A DNA stretch of 43,871 bases from Acetobacteraceae bacterium (GTDB lineage: Bacteria > Pseudomonadota > Alphaproteobacteria > Acetobacterales > Acetobacteraceae), in assembly GCA_036265085.1 (NCBI GenBank), contig DATAPS010000412.1:1-43871 (forward strand). The letters run 5' to 3'. A model generated the notes under the pieces. That model saw only the letters and a program-made list of their open reading frames with translations. It had not been told where the DNA came from and searched no databases. Shown piece after piece: positions 37,698 to 43,871 of this stretch. Numbering within the stretch: position 1 is the first letter of the stretch; the number at the start of each line of letters is the position of its first letter. A program made the position numbers and the translations under genes.

Positions 37698-38060
37698 ATG
37701 AACGCTCGTCGCACCGCCGCGCTCGGCGCGGGGTTCGCACTTGCCGCGGCGCACGCTTCGGCGCACGCCTTCCTCCAGACCTCTACCCCAGCCGTCGGCA
37801 GCACGGTGGCGCAGGCTCCGACGGAGGTGGTCATCAACTTCACCGAAGGCGTGGAGCCGATGTTCAGCACGATCGTCGTGCAGAACGCGCAGGGCGCATC
37901 GCTTGAGACCGGCAACCCGCATCTTGTCGGCGGCGACACGCATCTCGCAGTCGAGGTCAAGCCCCTTCCGCCGGGAACCTACACGGTCATCTGGCACGCG
38001 ACCTCGACCGATACCCACAAGACCGAAGGCAAGTTCACCTTCATCGTGCGGCCGCAATGA
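37698..38060 (+). CDS. copC: CopC domain-containing copper-binding periplasmic protein
   Basis: Signal peptide ending ASA|HAFLQTSTP (mature N-terminal His). HATSTDTHKTEGKFTFIV C-terminal motif. AAGGA RBS. Confidence 0.85.
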   Translation: MNARRTAALGAGFALAAAHASAHAFLQTSTPAVGSTVAQAPTEVVINFTEGVEPMFSTIVVQNAQGASLETGNPHLVGGDTHLAVEVKPLPPGTYTVIWHATSTDTHKTEGKFTFIVRPQ

Positions 38061-38075
38061 CCGCCGGCAATCGTC

Positions 38076-38717
38076 GTGCGCCGCGCGGATAGGCGACGGC
38101 GGCGAACGCGGCGGGCCGGCGTTGCCGTCGCCGGCGGCGCGCTCGGCCTGCTGCTGCTGACCGCGACATATCTCTGGCTGCTCGGCGGAACCGCGCCACG
38201 CGGCGCCCCGCCGATCGGCGGCCCGTTCAAGCTGACGCGGGACGACGGCCGCCCTGTGACCGAGCGCGACTTCCGCGGCCGCTTCATGCTCGTCTATTTC
38301 GGCTACACCTCCTGCCCCGATATCTGCCCGATGACGCTGGGCGCCGTGTCGGACGCAGTGGCGAGTCTCGGCGGGCGCGCCGCCAAGCTTCGGCCGGTGT
38401 TCATCACCGTCGACCCCCGGCGCGACACGACGGACGTGATTCGCGCGTTCGTCGGCCGGTTCGGCTCCGCAATCGTCGGATTGACCGGCGCCCCGGCGCA
38501 AATCCGCGACGTGGAGCGGAGATACCGGATCGTCAGTATCGCGCATCCGCTCGGAGAGAGCGGCGGCGAGTACACCGTCGATCACACCGGCGTCCTCTAC
38601 TTGATGGGACCGGACGGGCGCTATCTGGCGTCGCTGTCCGCGATGGACTCCGGCCCCGAACTGGCGAAGCGGATCGCGCCGTATCTCGACGGGCGATCCG
38701 ACAGGTCTTCGTCGTGA
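38076..38717 (+). CDS. SCO1/SenC family copper chaperone (thioredoxin fold)
   Basis: GRFMLVYFGYTSCPDICP (CxxxC) and downstream YTVDHTG His ligand. N-terminal TM anchor. GTG start. Confidence 0.88.
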   Translation: MRRADRRRRRTRRAGVAVAGGALGLLLLTATYLWLLGGTAPRGAPPIGGPFKLTRDDGRPVTERDFRGRFMLVYFGYTSCPDICPMTLGAVSDAVASLGGRAAKLRPVFITVDPRRDTTDVIRAFVGRFGSAIVGLTGAPAQIRDVERRYRIVSIAHPLGESGGEYTVDHTGVLYLMGPDGRYLASLSAMDSGPELAKRIAPYLDGRSDRSSS

Positions 38718-40504
38718 CTCTGGACGCCGCCATCGCCGTCCTCCGGGGCGTTCATCTCGCGGCGGTGCTGTCGGTGGTCGGCGCGGCGGTGACCCATGCG
38801 GTGCTGGCCCCAGCGGCGCTCGGACCGGTCGATCGATCCGTGCGCGTGCGCGTGCTGCGGCATCAGGCGACCCTGCTGTATGCGAGCGCCGCCGTCGCGC
38901 TCGTCACGGCCGCGGCGTGGCTCGCCGTGCAGTCCGCGTCGATGGCGGATGCCGCATCGATCCGCGACGCGTTCTCGGCCGTGCCCGTGGTGCTGGCCGA
39001 TACTGTATTCGGCCACGCAATGACAGCGCGCGTCGCGCTGCTGCTGCTGACGGTCGCGGCATGGCGCGTACGCCGGCTCGCGGCCGCGTTCGCCGTGGCG
39101 AGCGGGGCGGCGGAGGCTTGGCTCGGGCATGCGGGGGCTTCCGACACTGTGACCCTGCCGGTCTCGGTGATCATCCACGTTACGACGGCGGGCGCGTGGC
39201 TCGGCGGCCTCATCCCGCTGTTCCTGCTGATCCGCGATCTGCCCGGGCGCGGCGCGCGCGTAGCGACGATGCGGTTCGCGTCGCTCGGCTGGTTCTATGT
39301 CGCGGCGATGGCGGCAACCGCCTTCGTGCAGGCTTGGCTTCTGATCGGCAGCCTGCCCGGGCTGATCGGCACAGGCTACGGGCAGGTAGCGCTACTCAAG
39401 CTCGCGCTGTTCATCGTGCTGCTCGGGCTTGCCGCGCTGAACCGCTACCGCCTCTCCTTGAAGGTCTCGTCGCGGCCGTCGCCATTCCTGACCAGCATCC
39501 TCATCGAGACCGGTGTCGGCCTGTGCGCGGTGCTCGCGGCCGCGCAGCTGTCGGAGATGTGGCCCGCGACGCACGAGCAGCCGAACTGGCCGTTCGCGTG
39601 GCAGCCGACGCTGGCGCCGCTGGCCGACCCGGATCTCGGTTCCGAGGCGCGACTGGCCATCGGGCTACTCGCGGCGGCGCTGCTCGCTATCATCGTCGCC
39701 GTCGCGTGGCGACGGTTGCGATGGGTGGCCGTTGCGGCAGCGTGCGGCTGCCTGGTGTTCGCCTGGCCGCATCTCGACCTGTTCGCCGTGACCGCCTATC
39801 CGACCAGCTTCTATCACTCGCCCACCGGGTTCGCCGCCGACAGCATCGCGCGAGGGGAAGCTCTGTTCGGACCGAACTGCGCCGCGTGCCACGGCGCGGG
39901 CGGGCGCGGCGACGGGCCGCTCGCGAAAACGCTGCCGATCCCGCCCGCCGACCTGACCGCGGACCACATCTGGGATCATCCGGACGGCGAACTGTTCTGG
40001 TGGCTGACGCATGGCATCGAGAATCCGGAGGGCGGGCTCGCGATGCCCGGCTTCCCGCAGCTCTCCGACGACGACCGCTGGGCGCTGATTGATTTCGTGC
40101 ACGCGAATGCCGCCGGCGCCGAAATGGACGCGATCGGGCATTGGCCGTTCCCCGTGCAGGCGCCGGGTCTGACGGCGAGCTGTGCGGACGGAGGGACAGT
40201 AACGGACGCCGACCTGCGCGGGCGGAGCTGGCGAATCGTCGCCGGAGATCGCGCGCCGCCCTCTCCGATGCCGACGGTTCTGTTGACCCGCCATCCGGTC
40301 CCCGCCGCCTGTGTGGCGTCCGATCCGGCCGCGTGGCTGGCGGCTTCGGTCGTGTCCGGGGTCGCGACCGAGGCGTTCGCCGGCACGCAGCTCCTGGTCG
40401 ACGCGAGCGGCTGGCTGCGTGACCGCGCGCTCCCAGGCGCCTCGCTCGATCTCGCCGCGGCGGCAAGGCCTTTGCCTGCGCCCACGGGGATGCACCACCA
40501 TTGA
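38714..40504 (+). CDS. copD: CopD-family membrane protein fused to a mono-haem cytochrome c domain and an unassigned C-terminal domain
   Basis: About 8 TM segments with CopD-like organisation. CAACH haem motif at 39878..39892 with distal LAMPGF Met. An extra 130 aa or so ends in MHHH. The GTG start overlaps the SCO1 stop (GTGA). Confidence 0.8.
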   Translation: MTLDAAIAVLRGVHLAAVLSVVGAAVTHAVLAPAALGPVDRSVRVRVLRHQATLLYASAAVALVTAAAWLAVQSASMADAASIRDAFSAVPVVLADTVFGHAMTARVALLLLTVAAWRVRRLAAAFAVASGAAEAWLGHAGASDTVTLPVSVIIHVTTAGAWLGGLIPLFLLIRDLPGRGARVATMRFASLGWFYVAAMAATAFVQAWLLIGSLPGLIGTGYGQVALLKLALFIVLLGLAALNRYRLSLKVSSRPSPFLTSILIETGVGLCAVLAAAQLSEMWPATHEQPNWPFAWQPTLAPLADPDLGSEARLAIGLLAAALLAIIVAVAWRRLRWVAVAAACGCLVFAWPHLDLFAVTAYPTSFYHSPTGFAADSIARGEALFGPNCAACHGAGGRGDGPLAKTLPIPPADLTADHIWDHPDGELFWWLTHGIENPEGGLAMPGFPQLSDDDRWALIDFVHANAAGAEMDAIGHWPFPVQAPGLTASCADGGTVTDADLRGRSWRIVAGDRAPPSPMPTVLLTRHPVPAACVASDPAAWLAASVVSGVATEAFAGTQLLVDASGWLRDRALPGASLDLAAAARPLPAPTGMHHH

Positions 40505-40561
40505 CCCTTGCGGACGCGGCGGGGAGTATCGCTGGCACCTGAGCGCGCCGATCGGAGCAGC

Positions 40562-41560
40562 ATGAGCGACCTACTTTCCATCGATGGCCTGCGCACGGTC
40601 TTCCGCGGCAGCAGCGGCGATGTGCCCGCGGTGGACGGCGTCTCCATCTCCGTCGAGAAGGGCCGCACGCTCGGCATCGTCGGCGAGAGCGGGTGCGGCA
40701 AGTCGATCCTCTCGCTCTCGATCATGCGGCTGGTGCCGCCACCCGGGCGGATCGCCGCGGGGCGGATCATGTTCGACGGCCGCGACCTGTTGAAGCTGTC
40801 GCCGTCCGAAATGCGCGAGGTGCGTGGCGCGCGGATCGCAATGATCTTCCAGGAGCCGATGACGAGCTTGAACCCCGTGTTCACGGTCGGCGACCAGATC
40901 ACGGAGGCGATGCGCGCGCATGATCGCAGTTCGAGCAACAGCACGCTGAAGGCGCGCGCCATCGACGCGCTCGGGCGCGTGCGCATCCCCGCGCCGGCGC
41001 GGCGGTTCGACGAATATCCGCACCAGATGTCGGGCGGGATGCGCCAGCGCGTGATGATCGCGATGGCGCTGGCCTGTGCGCCCGACCTGCTGATCGCCGA
41101 CGAGCCGACCACTGCGCTCGATGTGACGGTGCAGGCGCAGATCCTCGATCTGCTGCGGGACCTGCAGCAACAGACGGGCATGGCGATCATTCTGATCACG
41201 CACGATCTCGGCATCGTCGCCGAAATGGCCGACGAGGTCGCGGTGATGTATTCCGGGCGCGTCGTGGAGCGCGCGCCGGGGCCGGCGATCTTCGACGATC
41301 CGCAACATCCCTACACGCTCGGCCTGCTCGGCAGCATTCCGCGAATCGAGGAGCAGCGCGACCGTCTGCTTGCGATCGAGGGCGCCGTGCCGCCGCCGTT
41401 CGACCTGCCGAGCGGTTGCCGCTTCCATCCGCGCTGCGTGTTCTGCGTGCCGGAGTGCACGAAGGTGGACCCGCCGCTGCGGGCGCTCGCGCCGGATCAT
41501 TCGGCGGCGTGCATCCGCGCGCCGGTCGAAGTGGCGGTGGGGAAGGAGATGGTGGCGTGA
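40562..41560 (+). CDS. ABC transporter ATP-binding protein, DppD/OppD type
   Basis: [45 protein letters not shown], and the C-terminal oligopeptide-type extension HPYTLGLL...GCRFHPRC. Confidence 0.9.
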   Translation: MSDLLSIDGLRTVFRGSSGDVPAVDGVSISVEKGRTLGIVGESGCGKSILSLSIMRLVPPPGRIAAGRIMFDGRDLLKLSPSEMREVRGARIAMIFQEPMTSLNPVFTVGDQITEAMRAHDRSSSNSTLKARAIDALGRVRIPAPARRFDEYPHQMSGGMRQRVMIAMALACAPDLLIADEPTTALDVTVQAQILDLLRDLQQQTGMAIILITHDLGIVAEMADEVAVMYSGRVVERAPGPAIFDDPQHPYTLGLLGSIPRIEEQRDRLLAIEGAVPPPFDLPSGCRFHPRCVFCVPECTKVDPPLRALAPDHSAACIRAPVEVAVGKEMVA

Positions 41561-42645
41561 GCACCTCCGTGCCGCTGCTCGAGATCGACGGTCTCGCCAA
41601 GCATTATCCGGTCAAGCGCGGCCTTGTGCTCGCCAAGACGATCGGCACGGTGAAGGCGGTGGACGGCATCGGCTTCGCGCTCGCGCGCGGCGAGACGCTG
41701 GCGCTGGTCGGCGAGAGCGGCTGCGGAAAGTCGACCACGGCGCGGCTGGTGCTGCGGCTCATCGAGCCGAGCGCGGGCGTCGTGCGGTTCGAGGGGCAGG
41801 ACATCACCGCGATGTCCGGCGCGCCGCTGCGGCGGTTGCGGCGGCGGATGCAGATCGTGTTCCAGGACCCGTTCGCCTCGCTCAACCCGCGCATGACGGT
41901 GGGCGACATCCTGGAGGAACCACTGATCGTGCATCGCATCGGCGACAAGGCGGCGCGGCGTGCGCGGGTGAACCAGCTGCTCGGGCTGGTCGGTTTGGCG
42001 CCGTATCATGCGCAGCGTTATCCGCACGAGTTTTCCGGCGGGCAGCGGCAGCGCGTGGGCATCGCCCGGGCGCTGGCGGTGGAGCCGGCGCTGGTGGTGT
42101 GCGACGAGCCGGTCTCCGCGCTCGACGTGTCGATCCAGGCGCAGGTGGTGAACCTCCTGAAGGACCTGCAGACGCGGCTCGGCCTGTCCTACCTGTTCAT
42201 CGCGCACGACCTCGCCGTGGTGAAGCACATCGCCGACCGTGTCGCCGTGATGTATCTCGGCCGCATCGTCGAGCTCGCGAGCAAGGACGCGTTGTTCGCA
42301 CGTCCGCTGCATCCCTACACGCGCACGCTGCTGAAGGCGATTCCGCGCCCCGATCCGCATCGCCGCACGAGGCACGGGGTGCCCGGCGGCGACGTGCCGA
42401 GCCCGATGGATCCGCCGCCCGGTTGCCATTTCCATACGCGCTGCGAGTACGCCACGGAGCGCTGCCGCATAGAGGATCCCGCCCTGCGCGCGATCCAGAG
42501 CGGGCATTTCGCCGCATGCCACTATGCCGAGACGCTGCCGCCGATGTCGGCGATGGACGACGCGCATGCGCCATCGGCCGCGGCGGTGAAGCGACTGGGG
42601 CTGTATGCGGAGCGCCGGGCGCAGGCGGTGGCGGTCGCGGGATGA
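41557..42645 (+). CDS. ABC transporter ATP-binding protein, DppF/OppF type
   Basis: [52 protein letters not shown]...GCHFHTRC. The GTG start overlaps the upstream stop (GTGA). Confidence 0.9.
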   Translation: MSTSVPLLEIDGLAKHYPVKRGLVLAKTIGTVKAVDGIGFALARGETLALVGESGCGKSTTARLVLRLIEPSAGVVRFEGQDITAMSGAPLRRLRRRMQIVFQDPFASLNPRMTVGDILEEPLIVHRIGDKAARRARVNQLLGLVGLAPYHAQRYPHEFSGGQRQRVGIARALAVEPALVVCDEPVSALDVSIQAQVVNLLKDLQTRLGLSYLFIAHDLAVVKHIADRVAVMYLGRIVELASKDALFARPLHPYTRTLLKAIPRPDPHRRTRHGVPGGDVPSPMDPPPGCHFHTRCEYATERCRIEDPALRAIQSGHFAACHYAETLPPMSAMDDAHAPSAAAVKRLGLYAERRAQAVAVAG

Positions 42646-43811
42646 CGTTCCAGCTCGTCGCGCCCCGGCTGATGCTCGTGGGTGGCGGCAGCGTAGGCGA
42701 GATCGCCGCTGTACTCGGCAAGTTCGGACTGTCACGCCCGCTCGTCGTGACCGATCCCTTCATGGTCTCGTCCGGCCTGGTACAGCGCTGCCTCGATCCG
42801 CTCGCGACCGAAAAGATCATCGCCACCGTGTTCAGCGACACCATCCCCGAGCCGACCGACACCGTCGTCGACGCCGGCGCCCGTCGGTTGCGCGGCGGCG
42901 ACTTCGATTGTCTGATCGGCTTCGGTGGCGGCTCACCGATCGACACCGCGAAGGCGATGGCGATCCTGGCCGCCGGCACCGCGCCGATGCGCGACTACAA
43001 GGTGCCGGTCGCCGCGGACCACGCCGCGCTGCCGGTGATCGCGATCCCGACAACGGCTGGCACCGGCAGCGAATGCACACGCTTCACCGTCATCACCGAT
43101 GCCGCGCGCGACGAGAAGATGCTGATCGCGGGGCTCGGCGCTCTGCCGCTCGCGGCGATCGTCGACTACGAGCTGACCTTCTCGGTGCCGAAGCGCACGA
43201 CCGCGGATACCGGCGTCGACAGCCTCACGCACGCGCTGGAAGCCTACGTTTCGCGTCGGGCCAACCCGTATTCCGATGCGCTCGCGCTGTCCGCGATGGC
43301 GCTGATCGGCGCGAACCTGCGCACGGCCTATGCCGAGCCGAACAACGCCAAGGCGCGCGAGGCGATGATGCTCGGCGCAACGCAGGCGGGGCTGGCGTTC
43401 TCGAATGCGTCGGTAGCACTCGTGCACGGCATGTCGCGGCCGATCGGCGCGCATTTCCACGTGCCGCACGGCCTGTCGAACGCGATGCTGCTGCCGGCGG
43501 TGACGCGGTTCAGCATTCCCGCTGCGACCGCGCGCTACGCCGAGGCAGCGCGGCGGATCGGCGTGGCGGCGGCTGACGATACCGACGAGGCGGCCGCCGA
43601 GAAGCTCGGCGACGGCTTGGTGCGGCTCAACCGCGATCTCGGCGTGCCGTCACCCCCGGGGTTCGGCATCGATCAGGCGGCGTGGGATGCGAAGCTGCCA
43701 CTGATGGCCGAGCAGGCGCTGGCGTCGGGTAGCCCCGCGAACAACCCGCGCGTCCCGGCGAAGGACGAGATCGTGGCGCTCTATCGCGCGGTCTGGGGCG
43801 CGAACGCGTAG
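42642..43811 (+). CDS. Iron-containing (group III) alcohol dehydrogenase
   Basis: [50 protein letters not shown]. The ATG overlaps the upstream stop (ATGA). Confidence 0.9.
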   Translation: MTFQLVAPRLMLVGGGSVGEIAAVLGKFGLSRPLVVTDPFMVSSGLVQRCLDPLATEKIIATVFSDTIPEPTDTVVDAGARRLRGGDFDCLIGFGGGSPIDTAKAMAILAAGTAPMRDYKVPVAADHAALPVIAIPTTAGTGSECTRFTVITDAARDEKMLIAGLGALPLAAIVDYELTFSVPKRTTADTGVDSLTHALEAYVSRRANPYSDALALSAMALIGANLRTAYAEPNNAKAREAMMLGATQAGLAFSNASVALVHGMSRPIGAHFHVPHGLSNAMLLPAVTRFSIPAATARYAEAARRIGVAAADDTDEAAAEKLGDGLVRLNRDLGVPSPPGFGIDQAAWDAKLPLMAEQALASGSPANNPRVPAKDEIVALYRAVWGANA

Positions 43812-43871
43812 AGGTGGTTGATGGTTGTCCCCCCGGGGCTTTACAGAAGCAAACTCCAGCATGAATACGGT

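Noticed and set aside
36097-37740. 547-aa minus-strand ORF across the MATE end, the DUF2946-like gene and the secreted barrel-like gene
   Set aside because: Antisense artefact. The plus-strand genes have signal peptides, RBS motifs and a coherent operon structure.
41497-42735. 412-aa minus-strand ORF antisense to the DppF-type ATPase
   Set aside because: The plus strand encodes complete Walker A / signature / Walker B motifs. The antisense frame has none.

Overview
Very GC-rich (judged by eye) alphaproteobacterial-type chromosomal window, almost entirely coding. I call about 43 CDS. I saw no rRNA, tRNA or CRISPR array. Layout, left to right: (1) an IS110-family (IS1111-like) insertion sequence 7 nt from the window edge, bracketed by a perfect 12-bp inverted repeat; (2) an SGNH hydrolase, an S49-peptidase homologue that appears to lack its catalytic Ser, a small DUF3309 ORF missing from the ORF track, and mtnP; (3) the petABC cytochrome bc1 operon and hemF; (4) a roughly 10.6-kb co-directional minus-strand array: DUF1285, NUDIX CoA pyrophosphatase, tiny membrane protein, CCA-adding enzyme, MsbA-like ABC exporter, HlyD-type adaptor, DUF3141 (PhaC-like), Pta/Ptb-type acyltransferase, FabI remnant, acetate kinase; (5) divergently, a four-gene MoxR / DUF58 / BatA_N-DUF4159 / vWA-GATase-like operon; (6) tspO, a secreted ankyrin protein coupled to a creatininase-family enzyme, two coupled MFS transporters, an enolase-superfamily enzyme, cysS, chrA and a MATE pump; (7) a copper cluster (DUF2946-like, secreted barrel-like protein, CopC, SCO1, CopD-cytochrome c fusion); (8) an orphan DppD/DppF-type ATPase pair coupled to an iron-type alcohol dehydrogenase. 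Many gene pairs overlap by 1-8 nt (ATGA, GTGA, TTGA, TGATG), which supports the operon calls. The candidates most worth follow-up are the DUF3141-Pta-(FabI remnant)-AckA module, the MoxR four-gene operon, the possible guide-RNA tail of the IS, the Ser-less S49 homologue and the CopD fusion. All family assignments come from motif recognition by eye. No database search was run.
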